From positions 1-31,492 of the IMG/VR virus record IMGVR_UViG_3300020414_002934: a stretch of 31,492 bases of DNA. One strand, given 5' to 3'. Below the pieces are notes generated by a model. The model had not been told where the DNA came from. It made no database searches and saw only the letters and a list, made by a program, of their open reading frames with translations. Of the stretch, positions 7,998 through 18,600 are shown piece after piece (position 1 is the stretch's first letter; the number at the start of each line of letters is the position of its first letter). The translations under genes were made by a program, and so were the position numbers. Origin of the DNA: a virus (Duplodnaviria > Caudoviricetes).

Positions 7998-9291
7998 TAT
8001 GATCTTTTTTATGGGTGTGGTTGAGGATCGAAAAGATCCTAAAAACCTAGGACGTGTAAGAGTACGTATCTATGGTGACCATGATGCCGACAAAACTAAA
8101 ATTCCTACAGCATCTTTACCTTGGGCTCAAGTCATGATGCCAGTAACATCAGCTGCTTGTGGTGGTATTGGTGAAAGTGCAACTGGTATTGTACAAGGTT
8201 CATGGGTTGTTGGATTTTATACCGATGGACAAAATAGACAGGCACCATTAGTAATGGGAACATTGGTTGGTATGGCTGGATCTGATAGTTTACCAGACCA
8301 AGGATTTTCTGATCCAAGTGGAAGACACCCACTAAGAAGTGAAGGACCTGATACTTCATATAGTGCTATTGGTGGGATGTATGAAACCACTGCTCCATTT
8401 ATTATTAAAAATGATTTAAGAGTAGAAAGAATAGAAACTGGTGCACCAGCAAAAGTATCAAGTATTGTACAAGATGAACCTGATGCATATTATGAAAGAC
8501 AAACATGGAATATGCCACATGTTGCTTTGGCAACTACTCCATCATATCCTTTTAATAAAGTTATTGAAACAGAAGGTGGTCACTTATTTGAAATTGATGA
8601 TACACCTGGCAATGAAAGATTTTCAAGGTTTCATGTATCAGGTACTAATGAAGAGTTCCAACAAACTGGAGATAAAACTCTTACAGTGAATGGAGATAAC
8701 TATACAGTTGTTTTTGGTACAGATCATATTTACGTTAAGGGAAATGCGAATTTAACAGTTGATGGTGATTTAAGACATCTTGTAAAAGGTAACTATCACC
8801 TAGAAGTAAATGGTAATAAAACAGAAGTTATTCGTGGTACAAGGCAAAGTAAGATTGGTGGTTCAGAACATTTGGAAATTGATAACGATTTTGCTTCAAA
8901 TGTTGCAGGAAATTATTTACAAAAAACATTACTTAATGAAACAAGACTTGTAGATGGTACAAGAAATACTACAATTGGTAAAACTGAAGATCTTACAGTA
9001 ACTGGTGAAACAAGTATTACTACAATGGATAAGTTAAATGTTTTTGCTCAAAAAGATTATTCAACTACCACAGTTGGTAAATTGACTATTACATCAAAAG
9101 GCGATATAAAATTAGAAACACCAGCAAATATGAATACAACTGTAACAACAAATGTTACAAATACTATTGGAGGCACATTAACCGATTCAGTCACGGGTGT
9201 TGTAACTGAAAATTATAGTGATGCTCAAAACACCACAGCCGGAGGTGATATTACTATTACCGGCGGACCAAATATTAACTTGAACCCATAG
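7987..9291 (+). CDS. gp5: Baseplate central spike gp5 (OB-fold plus beta-helix, no lysozyme domain evident)
   Basis: FFMGVVEDRKDP..LGRVRVRIYGDH, LPWA, GSWVVGFY.DG...Q.PLVMG, YPFNKV.ETEGGH..EIDDTPG.ER, followed by beta-helix repeats. Start is probably the GTG at 7987 (GGAG upstream) or the ATG at 7999; the ORF track starts at 7966. Confidence 0.9.
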   Translation: MLNNMIFFMGVVEDRKDPKNLGRVRVRIYGDHDADKTKIPTASLPWAQVMMPVTSAACGGIGESATGIVQGSWVVGFYTDGQNRQAPLVMGTLVGMAGSDSLPDQGFSDPSGRHPLRSEGPDTSYSAIGGMYETTAPFIIKNDLRVERIETGAPAKVSSIVQDEPDAYYERQTWNMPHVALATTPSYPFNKVIETEGGHLFEIDDTPGNERFSRFHVSGTNEEFQQTGDKTLTVNGDNYTVVFGTDHIYVKGNANLTVDGDLRHLVKGNYHLEVNGNKTEVIRGTRQSKIGGSEHLEIDNDFASNVAGNYLQKTLLNETRLVDGTRNTTIGKTEDLTVTGETSITTMDKLNVFAQKDYSTTTVGKLTITSKGDIKLETPANMNTTVTTNVTNTIGGTLTDSVTGVVTENYSDAQNTTAGGDITITGGPNINLNP

Positions 9292-9300
9292 GAGGGGGTC

Positions 9301-9483
9301 ATGCTTTGGCATATACTTTTAACAATTTGTGCAGGAAGTACCTGCCTTTCACAAGACGTACAATGGTTTGAAAATAAAAAAGAATGTGAGATTATGTTAG
9401 TTCAATATGCAGAAATCCCAGCAGACGGTGAATGGGATTCAGTAGAATATATTTGTAAACCAGTAGGGAGTACAGGAACATAA
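9301..9483 (+). CDS. Small hypothetical protein (60 aa) with hydrophobic N-terminus and 4 Cys
   Basis: Strong AGGAGG RBS; TAATG coupling to the PAAR gene. Confidence 0.65.
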   Translation: MLWHILLTICAGSTCLSQDVQWFENKKECEIMLVQYAEIPADGEWDSVEYICKPVGSTGT

Positions 9484-9785
9484 TGCCAGGAGTAGTAAGA
9501 ATAGGAGATAGTTTATCAACAGGACATATTTGTACTGCCGTAACCACACTTGGTGGAGCGGCTCAAAGTACAGTATCGGCAAATGGAATTTTAGCGGCTG
9601 TTGTGGGAGCACCTACAGTAGCTCATCCATTTCCACCCTTACCACCGTGCGCTCCTCATGTAGCTAACTTAAATGCAGGTTCTCCAAATGTGTTTATAAA
9701 TGGAATTGCAGTTGGTCGTATTGGTGATTCAGCAGATGCTGGAGCTATGATTAGTGGTTCCAGTTCAGTAATAATTAACGGATAA
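9483..9785 (+). CDS. gp5.4: PAAR-repeat spike tip protein (gp5.4)
   Basis: MPGVVRIGD...GH, GSPNVFINGIAVGRIGD and ISGSSSV motifs; His/Cys metal ligands; downstream of gp5. Confidence 0.9.
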   Translation: MPGVVRIGDSLSTGHICTAVTTLGGAAQSTVSANGILAAVVGAPTVAHPFPPLPPCAPHVANLNAGSPNVFINGIAVGRIGDSADAGAMISGSSSVIING

Positions 9786-9791
9786 GAAAAG

Positions 9792-10880
9792 ATGCTTTGT
9801 GGAAAGAATCCAGCCCTTGACGATATTATGGGCAAAGTCGATGAGATTAAAGGTAAACTTGCTGAAGGTATGGGAGCTTTAGGAGACCTTGAAGCAAAAG
9901 CAAATGAAGCTTTAGCTGGTTTACAGGCTGAATTACCAGAACTTCCAAGTGTAACATCATTGCAAGGTGATTTAGCAGCTGCTCTAGGATCAGCCCAGTC
10001 TGACTTTTCTGGAGCTTTGGCTAGCTTCAAAGAAACTTGGGGTGATAAACTTCCTATATCTGAAATTGAAGGTTACTTTGATCAAATATCTGGAGCAATT
10101 AGTGATCCTACATCACTTCTTAGTTTTGATCCATGTAAAGCTTTTCCAAATAAAGAAATTGATTCATCAACAGGTGAAGTAGTTCAAAAACCAAAGGTAA
10201 TTGAAACACCTACAAAGGCACCTGAAAAAACAGTTGACTTTAGTCAAATTGAAACAGTAGTAGCAGGATTTAAAGACGCTTTAGGAAAAGATATTCCGGA
10301 AACAACGATAACAGGTCCATCCACAATAGATCTTTCTCAGTTAACATCAGCATTTTCTCCAGCCGGTACTTCCTTTGGAGGATCAGGTTATGGTGAATCA
10401 ATGAAAGTAAGAAATAAAGTATTGAAGACTGTTACTGATCATTTTACTCCAATTGTAAGACAAGCTAGGCTAGCATATGAAAAAGAAAAGAAAAAACCAG
10501 AATATAAACAAACAGGTGGAGATGGTATTAATGGCCAAGCTGCTGCAAAAAGAGATAGGTTATATAGAAAAGGTAAAATGACTGCTAAACAAGTTACTTG
10601 GTATGAAAGTTTTCTGGATTTGGAAATAGTTTATCAACAAGTACAAGAAAGAAGAGATCTTATTAAAGATCAACTATTAGTTTATATTGAATTTTTAACT
10701 GGTCGTGTTTCACAAGAAAATTTGGATAAAGGTGAAAAAACATTTAAAGAAGATCCAAGACTTGTAGATTCTGATATAGAAATGTATGAAACAGGAAAAG
10801 CTGAACTGGATAAAAATAAAGATAAATTTGCTTCTGTTGGAGCACATACTAATCAAGTAGTATCCAGCGCCACACAATAA
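9792..10880 (+). CDS. Hypothetical protein, probably virion-associated (362 aa)
   Basis: Long ORF within the late structural operon. Helical N-terminus (MLCGKNPALDDIMGKVDEIKGKL); no recognisable motif. Confidence 0.65.
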   Translation: MLCGKNPALDDIMGKVDEIKGKLAEGMGALGDLEAKANEALAGLQAELPELPSVTSLQGDLAAALGSAQSDFSGALASFKETWGDKLPISEIEGYFDQISGAISDPTSLLSFDPCKAFPNKEIDSSTGEVVQKPKVIETPTKAPEKTVDFSQIETVVAGFKDALGKDIPETTITGPSTIDLSQLTSAFSPAGTSFGGSGYGESMKVRNKVLKTVTDHFTPIVRQARLAYEKEKKKPEYKQTGGDGINGQAAAKRDRLYRKGKMTAKQVTWYESFLDLEIVYQQVQERRDLIKDQLLVYIEFLTGRVSQENLDKGEKTFKEDPRLVDSDIEMYETGKAELDKNKDKFASVGAHTNQVVSSATQ

Positions 10881-10884
10881 CGTG

Positions 10885-10892
10885 TATAAATA
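10885..10892 (+). promoter_or_regulatory. T4-type late promoter TATAAATA
   Basis: Exact consensus in the intergenic gap upstream of the small ORF and gp25. Confidence 0.8.
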
Positions 10893-10918
10893 GATAAAAC
10901 AACTTGGGAGAATTAATT

Positions 10919-11125
10919 ATGAAAATTGGTGAACAAATTATTGAAGCAGCTAAAAAACAAGCTGAAGGTGAAATTGAAGTTCATAAAACAAACATTGCAG
11001 TATACCAAACAATGCCAGCTGGTATTGGAGAACATAGTGATGTTGTAGAAGCAGTTATGGCAGAACTGGATAAAATGGCTGCCGCACATGATCGTTTAGA
11101 AATGATAGAAAAGTATTTAACGTAA
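10919..11125 (+). CDS. Small helical hypothetical protein
   Basis: GGAG RBS precedes the ATG at 10919 (MKIGEQ...). Contains P.GIGEHSDVVE, a motif I associate with small conserved proteins of marine T4-like phages. Confidence 0.7.
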   Translation: MKIGEQIIEAAKKQAEGEIEVHKTNIAVYQTMPAGIGEHSDVVEAVMAELDKMAAAHDRLEMIEKYLT

Positions 11126-11126
11126 A

Positions 11127-11564
11127 ATGGCAAGAACACAAACAAGATCAGATGCATCAGGTAAAGCTGTTATTACCAGCAGAAAAGTCCTGTATTCTGA
11201 TTTTGACCTATCTTTTATAAAACATCCAAACACAAAAGATGTTACAATTTTAAAAGATATTGATGCAGTAAAACAATCAGTAAAAAATTTAGTACTTACT
11301 GCTCAGGGAGAAAGACCATTTAACCCATTACTTGGTTCAAATATTAGAGCACTTTTATTTGAACCAGTTGATGATTTTACAGCTTTTGATATTGACGAAC
11401 AAGTTAGGCAGACAATTAAAAATCATGAGCCAAGAGTGAGAGTTTTAGATGTTGATGTTATAGCTGAAGCTGATAATAACAGATTTAAACTTTCAATAGA
11501 CTTTCAAATGATTACCAATCTTGACACTGGGAATGTGTCTTTTTACTTAGAGAGAATTCGATAA
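11127..11564 (+). CDS. gp25: Baseplate wedge subunit gp25
   Basis: YSDFDLSF..HP, AVKQSVKNLVLT..GERPFNP.LGS.I..LLFE, EPRV and LERIR motifs. Confidence 0.93.
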   Translation: MARTQTRSDASGKAVITSRKVLYSDFDLSFIKHPNTKDVTILKDIDAVKQSVKNLVLTAQGERPFNPLLGSNIRALLFEPVDDFTAFDIDEQVRQTIKNHEPRVRVLDVDVIAEADNNRFKLSIDFQMITNLDTGNVSFYLERIR

Positions 11565-13426
11565 TGGCAGTTACTGTATCAAAAGAAAGATTGAATGTCA
11601 CATCACTTGACTTCGATCAAATTAAAGTTAATCTAAAAACATTTCTCCAGTCTCAACCAGATTTGGCAGATTATAATTTCGAAGGTTCAGCACTTAGTAC
11701 TATTATTGATGTCCTAGCTTATAATACCTTCTATAATTCATTCAATGCCAATGTAAATATGAATGAAATCTTTTTGGATACCGCACAAATTCGAAATAAC
11801 GTAGTATCACATGCTAAATCGCTTGGATATGTACCTAGGTCAATTACAAGTTCATTTGCTGAAGTTGACGTAATAGTAAATGCACCAGCAGGAACACCGG
11901 CATCTTTGAATATGCCAAGAGGTACTTCATTTTCAACTACCCTTGATGGAAAAAATTACTCATTTGTTAACCTTGAAGCTGTTACAATTGTTCCATCTGG
12001 TGGAATATATAAATTTCCAGCTGTTAGAATTAATCAAGGAACAATTCGTACTCAGTCATATATTGTTGATGATACATCAACTGCTCAAAAATATGAGATA
12101 CCAGATAACAATATTGATACCGCAACTCTTATTGTAAGAGTAAAAACAAATGCAGCATCTACTGACTTTGAAATTTACACTCTTGTAACAAATATTGTAG
12201 ATGTTACAAGTACTACAAACGCATACTTTTTACAAGAAGGGCTTGATGGTCAATACGAAATTTATTTTGGTGATGGAGTGTTTGGTAGAAAATTGGATGC
12301 AGGTAATATTGTTGAGTTAGAATATCTAGTAACTGATGGTGCTACTCCAAATGATGCTACTGTTTTTAAACTTACAGGAAATGTATCAGGAAATACAAAT
12401 GCCACTGTTAATTTAGTATCAAAAGCTGGTGGTGGATCAGCTGCTGAAACTACTGATTCAATTAAATTTAATGCACCACTTTCATTCCTTTCACAAAACA
12501 GAGTTGTGACAGCTGATGACTATAAAGCTATTGTAAAAAATAATTATACAAACACCGAATCTATTTCAGTATGGGGTGGAGAAGAACAAGCAGTTCCAGA
12601 ATATGGAAAAGTTTTCTTGTCAATTAAACCAAAAAATGCTGAAGTTCTTACAGATTCGCAAAAACAGTTTATCAAGGATAGTATTCTTAAATCTAAAAAC
12701 CTAGTGTCAATTACACCAGAAATTGTAGATCCAGACTTTACATTTATTAAGTTGGAAGCATTTTTTAAGTATGATCCAAACCTTACCTCACTTACTGCAG
12801 GTGAGCTTAAAAATGAAGTTATTGCTACAATTACAAACTATAATGATACAAACCTTAAAAAATTCGATGGTGTATTTAGAGCATCACAAGTAACAAGTGC
12901 AATTGATGCCACTAATGCAGCTATTCTAAATACTATTATGCGAGTGAATATGCAAAAGAGATTAACACCTTCAATTGGTACTGCTCTTAAATATGAATTA
13001 GCATTTTCATCCTCATTCTCAACTAATATTCCTGCTGATGGATCTATTATCGATTCAACAGAATTTGTATTAAATGGATTTAATCATAAAATGCAGGATA
13101 TTGCAACAACAGATCCTAACATTAGAAAAATTCAACTTTATCGTATTTCAAATAATCAAAAAATTATTACAACTGAAGATGCCGGTACAGTTGATATTAG
13201 TGCAGGATTGGTTACACTTACAAGCTTTAATCCAGCTTCTGTGGTTGGAGATAATGCATATATAACTGTAACAGCCACTCCAAGCTCTAGTGATTTGGCA
13301 CCAAAAAGAAATCAGTTACTACAAATTGATTTACTCCAGACCACTGTTACTCCTCAAATTGATGAGATTGCTACTGGATCGGTTATTGCAGGTATCGGTT
13401 ACACAACAACACCAAATAGCGTATAA
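11564..13426 (+). CDS. gp6: Baseplate wedge subunit gp6
   Basis: LDFDQIK.NLK.FL, DYNFEGSALS..IDVLAYNTFY, NEIFLDTAQIRNNVVSHAKSLGYVP, FGDGVFG, QNRVVTADDY and WGGEE motifs. Confidence 0.95.
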   Translation: MAVTVSKERLNVTSLDFDQIKVNLKTFLQSQPDLADYNFEGSALSTIIDVLAYNTFYNSFNANVNMNEIFLDTAQIRNNVVSHAKSLGYVPRSITSSFAEVDVIVNAPAGTPASLNMPRGTSFSTTLDGKNYSFVNLEAVTIVPSGGIYKFPAVRINQGTIRTQSYIVDDTSTAQKYEIPDNNIDTATLIVRVKTNAASTDFEIYTLVTNIVDVTSTTNAYFLQEGLDGQYEIYFGDGVFGRKLDAGNIVELEYLVTDGATPNDATVFKLTGNVSGNTNATVNLVSKAGGGSAAETTDSIKFNAPLSFLSQNRVVTADDYKAIVKNNYTNTESISVWGGEEQAVPEYGKVFLSIKPKNAEVLTDSQKQFIKDSILKSKNLVSITPEIVDPDFTFIKLEAFFKYDPNLTSLTAGELKNEVIATITNYNDTNLKKFDGVFRASQVTSAIDATNAAILNTIMRVNMQKRLTPSIGTALKYELAFSSSFSTNIPADGSIIDSTEFVLNGFNHKMQDIATTDPNIRKIQLYRISNNQKIITTEDAGTVDISAGLVTLTSFNPASVVGDNAYITVTATPSSSDLAPKRNQLLQIDLLQTTVTPQIDEIATGSVIAGIGYTTTPNSV

Positions 13427-14328
13427 TGTCACATAAAGTAACATCCATAGTACCAGAACATATTCAACTGGAGCGTCCTGAACTTATGAAGTTCATGGAG
13501 GCATACTATGACTTTTTACAAGAACCAGATCAACCTGGTACATTTCTTAAGAACTTGCCTGTTCATAGAAATATTGATGACACTGCTACTATCTTTTTGG
13601 AATTACTACAGAGAGAATTGGCAACACCAATTCCTGAAACAGTTGTAGCCGATAAAAGAAAACTTTATAAAAATATTACTGACATTTATTTGTCAAAGGG
13701 TGCGCAACCTTCATATATCGCTTTGTTCAAACTTATCTTTAATGATGTGATTGAACTGTACTTTCCAAGAGTAGATATTTTAAAGCCATCCGATGCTAAG
13801 TGGGATACTGTAAACCAAAGATGGTTAAGTGATGATGGTAAACTTTCAGTAAAGAAATTTATTCAAGACTCACGGTTTTATCAGTCATTTTCATATGTTA
13901 TTAGAACTGGACAAACCATTGACAACTGGAGAGATGTAGTTAAAAAATTATTGCATCCAGCTGGATTTGCTTTCTTTGGTGAGGTAACTATCTTTTCACA
14001 AGCCACTGGTGATAATGCAGCTAAAGTAAGACAAGCATTTCCTGCTGACTTTAGTACGCCATCTCAAGGTACACCAATTGTGCCTAATCCAGTTGTAGTT
14101 GATGTTAGTATTCCAACTATTGGTGGATCACAAGTTGGTCTTTCACTTACATTTATCCTTCAACCAATTCCTCAACATGCAGTAGGACCTACGTTCTTAC
14201 ATGTTGAAAAATACAAATTCTTGCCAGATATTGGTCCTATGAGTAATTATGCCGATTTTACTATAGCGCAGGCAAGTGCAGGAGAAAAGATAAATATTTC
14301 TTTCGAATCGGTTATAAATATTACGTAG
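13426..14328 (+). CDS. gp7: Baseplate wedge initiator, short gp7-like protein
   Basis: FMEAYYDFL, Y.SKG...S...LFK..FN, ILKPSD, IQDSRFYQ.FSYVI and VKKLLHPAGF.FFG motifs. Lies between gp6 and gp8. Confidence 0.75.
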   Translation: MSHKVTSIVPEHIQLERPELMKFMEAYYDFLQEPDQPGTFLKNLPVHRNIDDTATIFLELLQRELATPIPETVVADKRKLYKNITDIYLSKGAQPSYIALFKLIFNDVIELYFPRVDILKPSDAKWDTVNQRWLSDDGKLSVKKFIQDSRFYQSFSYVIRTGQTIDNWRDVVKKLLHPAGFAFFGEVTIFSQATGDNAAKVRQAFPADFSTPSQGTPIVPNPVVVDVSIPTIGGSQVGLSLTFILQPIPQHAVGPTFLHVEKYKFLPDIGPMSNYADFTIAQASAGEKINISFESVINIT

Positions 14329-14342
14329 AACACGTATAAATA
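14313..14342 (+). promoter_or_regulatory. Two tandem T4-type late promoters (TATAAATA at 14313-14320 and 14335-14342)
   Basis: Two exact consensus copies upstream of gp8. The second is intergenic; the first lies in the 3' end of gp7. Confidence 0.72.
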
Positions 14343-14371
14343 GTTTAAACTTAAAGAGGTAAGGTTATAAC

Positions 14372-15676
14372 ATGGTAGCCATCATTTCAAAACAAATTAG
14401 GGTCAATAACGCGGGCAATTTCCGTGATGACATCGGTACCAATAGTACATATTTGTATATTGGACGATCTCAAGAATGGCCATCTTCAGACACCGCAATT
14501 GCTACACCAGTAGACACAGTATTTGATAAGAATAATGTTCATCAAAATATGATTGCCTTGAAAAAGGTAGCACAATCTGATGTTACACATTCTATTACTC
14601 GATATAACTGGTTGTCAGGTACGACTTATACGCCGTACGATGATCAGCTAGCTACGTTGAGTACTTCTCAATACTACGTAATCACAGACGAACTTAACAT
14701 TTATAAATGTCTGGAAGCTGGAGCTGGAGCATCAACGGTTAAACCCACAGGACAAACTGTAAACGCAGCCAATAGTGCCACAGGTGATGGATACGTTTGG
14801 AAGTTTATGTACGCACTTTCTGGTACTCAGGCAACTAAGTTCCTGACAAACTCATTTATTCCAATTAATGTACTTACCTCAAATGATGGCTCACTTCAGT
14901 ATCAAGTACAAACAAATGCGCAAGCAGGGTCAATTCACAGAATTAAAGTTACAGCTGGTGGATCAAATTATACATCTACACCAACAGTAACAATTACTGG
15001 TAACGGTTCAAGTGCCACGGCGTCGGCTACTGTCGTAGGTGGAGCAGTTACAGAAATTACAATGAGTAATATTGGATCAGGTTATGATGAAGCTGCGGTA
15101 GCTATTACTGGTGGCGGTGGCGCAGGAGCCACAGCAAGAGCTATTATTTCTCCTCCAGGTGGTCATGGTGCAAATGCAGCAGATGAACTTGGTGGATTCT
15201 TTATTATGGCAAACGTTCAATTGGATTCGGCTGAAGGTTCAGGTGACTTCCCAATTGATAATGACTTCCGTCAACTTGGTCTACTACGTAACCCATTCAA
15301 TCATGGAACAACTACAGTATCTTCTGCCTCTACACTTCAAGCTACAAGATCAATTACAACTGGAGCACCAGCTGGTGGAACATTTGCAGTTGATGAAATT
15401 ATTACTGGAGGTACCTCTGGAGCTCAGGCCTATATAACATCATATGATGCTTCTGGTAATGTTATCAGATATCATCAAGATGCAACTACAGGGTTTGGAG
15501 TATTTCAATCTTCAGAAACAATAAGTAATGCTGGTTCAGTATCAGCAACTATTAGTTCTCTTGGAGATCCAGAAGTCGAAAAATTTTCGGGTGAAGTTAT
15601 CTATATAGAAAATAGAAGTGCAGTAGCAAGAGCAAATTCACAGATTGAAGACATCAAACTTGTACTAGAGTTTTAA
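14372..15676 (+). CDS. gp8: Baseplate wedge subunit gp8
   Basis: YLYIGR...W, R.NW.SGTTY..YD, YYVITD..NIYKCL, DGYVWKFMY, GGHG.N...ELG, NDFRQLGLLRNP and SGEVIYIENR......QIEDIKLVLEF motifs. Confidence 0.9.
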   Translation: MVAIISKQIRVNNAGNFRDDIGTNSTYLYIGRSQEWPSSDTAIATPVDTVFDKNNVHQNMIALKKVAQSDVTHSITRYNWLSGTTYTPYDDQLATLSTSQYYVITDELNIYKCLEAGAGASTVKPTGQTVNAANSATGDGYVWKFMYALSGTQATKFLTNSFIPINVLTSNDGSLQYQVQTNAQAGSIHRIKVTAGGSNYTSTPTVTITGNGSSATASATVVGGAVTEITMSNIGSGYDEAAVAITGGGGAGATARAIISPPGGHGANAADELGGFFIMANVQLDSAEGSGDFPIDNDFRQLGLLRNPFNHGTTTVSSASTLQATRSITTGAPAGGTFAVDEIITGGTSGAQAYITSYDASGNVIRYHQDATTGFGVFQSSETISNAGSVSATISSLGDPEVEKFSGEVIYIENRSAVARANSQIEDIKLVLEF

Positions 15677-15687
15677 GGTAAAAAATA

Positions 15688-18600
15688 ATGACACTCGATT
15701 TTAACATTTCCCCATATTACGACGATTTTGAGACAAATGCAAAACAACAATATTATCGCATCCTCTTTCGTCCTTCAGTTGCTCTTCAAGCTAGGGAGCT
15801 AACACAACTCCAATCAACTCTTCAAAATCAGATCAAAAGTTTTGCTGATCATACTTTTGAAGATGGTGCCATGGTTATTCCTGGCGCAACTGCTCTTGAT
15901 AAAGATTATGGGTTTATTAAAGTCGGTTCAACGTTTTCATCAGCTGATGTAGAATTATATCGAGCTGAATTTCTCAATACAATAATTACTGGGCAAACTA
16001 CTGGTGTTACAGCAAAGGTTGTTGGTACTGTACCAGTAACTGGATCTGATCCTATTACACTTTTCGTAAAATATACAAGCTCAGGTACAAATAAAACCAC
16101 AAAGACTTTTGCGCAAAATGAAGTTGTAGTATCTAATGCTTCTACACCAAGATCAGCTCAAATTGAAAATGTATCTGGTAGTGTAGGATTTGGATCAGCC
16201 GCAAACATTCAACCAGGTATCTATTATGTCAGTGGAACATTTGCTTTTGTCACAAGCCAAACACTTGTTCTTGATAAGTATACAAACACACCATCATATA
16301 GAGTTGGTCTTACTGTAAATGCAACAATTGTTTCATCTACTACAGATTCAAACCTAAATGATAATGCAACAGGATCTCCAAACTTTGCTGCACCTGGTGC
16401 TAACAGATATAAGATAGAACTTACACTTACGAAAAAAGGTTTGACTGCTACTGATGATCAAAACTTTATTGAACTCCTAAGAGTAGAAAATGGTGTAATT
16501 GCTAATCAAATCAGATCAACAGAATATTCAGTCCTTGAAGATACCTTTGCCCGTAGAACTTATGATGAATCGGGTGACTATGCAGTGCGTCCATTTGGTA
16601 TTGATGTAAGAGAACACCTACAAGTTAATAACAATCGTGGTATCTATGCATCTGGTAATGGTGGTAGCGATGCTAAACTTGCAGTTGGTATTGAGCCAGG
16701 AAAAGCATATGTTCGTGGTTATGAAATTGAAACACTGTCAACTACCTTTCTTGATGTAAATAAAGCAAGAGATACACAGCAAATTAAGAACTCAATTGTT
16801 CCCTTTCAAATGGGTAACTTTACACTAGTTAATACCACTACTAATTTACCTGATGTAAGTAACTATGAAAAATTAGATCTTATTAGCTCGGCCAGTACTG
16901 TAATTGGTACTGCCAGAGCAAGAGCATATGAACTTCATTCTGGTACACAAGGTACTTCTGGAGCGGTCTATAAACTATACCTCTTTGATATTCAAATGTC
17001 AGGTTCAAATCTATTCTCGGCTGTTAATACTATCAATACAGTAGGTTCTACATCTGGTAAATTTGCATCAACCACAGTTAAAACTAGTGGTTCAGCTACA
17101 CTTAACGAAATTCAAAATAACGACTTATTGTTTCCTTTACCTTATCAAACAGTAGAAACTATTAGAGATCAAAGTAATGCAATTGATACCACAATTACAG
17201 TAAGAAGAGTTTATACTAGAACACTTTCATCTGGACTTAATACTATTACAGCTGGATCTGATGAGTCATTTCAAACACCGTATTCGGGCGTTGACTTTCT
17301 AGTTGCAAATGCAAGTACTGGTACAGTCTATGATATGTCACTATCTGATGGTACAGGCGGTGCACCAAGACTTTCAATTTCCGGTACAAATAGTGTTAAC
17401 CTTCAAATTGACCTTACTGGTGCAAGTCTTACAAATGAAACACTTACTGTAATTGCAACAGTAGTAAAAAGAGTTTCACAAGAAAAACAAAAGACATTAG
17501 TACAAAATCATAATTTAGATATTGCTTCACCAAATACTACAGTAAATGCTACTGATTCTCTATTGAAAGCTGATATTTTTAAACTAGTGGCAGTTCATGA
17601 TTCAGGAGTTGCTGGAACAAATGCTACTACCTCAGATTTGAATATTACAGATAGATACGAACTAGACAATGGTCAAAGAGATAACTTTTATGATGTTGGA
17701 TCAATTAAACTTAAACCAGGTATGCCACCACCTAGTGGTAGAATCCTAATTATTTTTGACTATTTTACACATGGAGCTGGTGATTATTTCTCAGTTGATT
17801 CATATTCAAACCAGGTTACTTACGCTGAAATTCCTACTTATGCCTCGGCAAATACAACATATGAATTAAGAGATGTACTAGACTTCCGTCCACGTGTACG
17901 TGACGATGGACAATCATTCACAAATGCTGGTGGTACTAATCAATCTGGTGCTGCACTTACCGAAATTGGTAAGATTGCATCAAATATGATTATGGACTTT
18001 AGATATTTCTTACCACGTACAGATAAAATTTATGTAGATCCAAAAGGTAATTTTAAAGTCGTTGAAGGTGTATCTGCAGCTAATCCTGCTACACCAAGTG
18101 ATCCAGATGATGGAATGGTTCTTTATACACTTAGACTTAATCCATACACCTTTGATGTAAATGATATTGTACCAGAAAGAAAAGATAATAAACGCTTTAC
18201 TATGCGTGATATTGGTAGACTAGAACATAGAATTAACAACCTTGAATATTATACATCGCTTTCACTTCTTGAAAAAGAAACAGCTGATGCTCAGATTCTA
18301 AACTCTTCAAATGTAGATAGATTTAAATCTGGCTTTATTGTAGATCCTTTTTATGGTCACAATATTGGTAATCCAAAAGATCCAGATTATCATGTATCTA
18401 TTGATGCCGATGCTGGTGAAGCAAGGCCACAATTTTATGAAGGTAATGTAAGAATTGAACAAAGTGGATCTGGTAGTTCAAGTACTTATCAGCAAACTGG
18501 TGATATTATTTCACTACCATATACAGAAACTACTATTATCGACCAGCCATTTGCATCAGGTACAGAAAATGTTAACCCGTATGACATCTTTCAGTTTATT

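Noticed and set aside
9656-10030. 124-aa minus-strand ORF
   Set aside because: Antisense to PAAR and the 362-aa gene.
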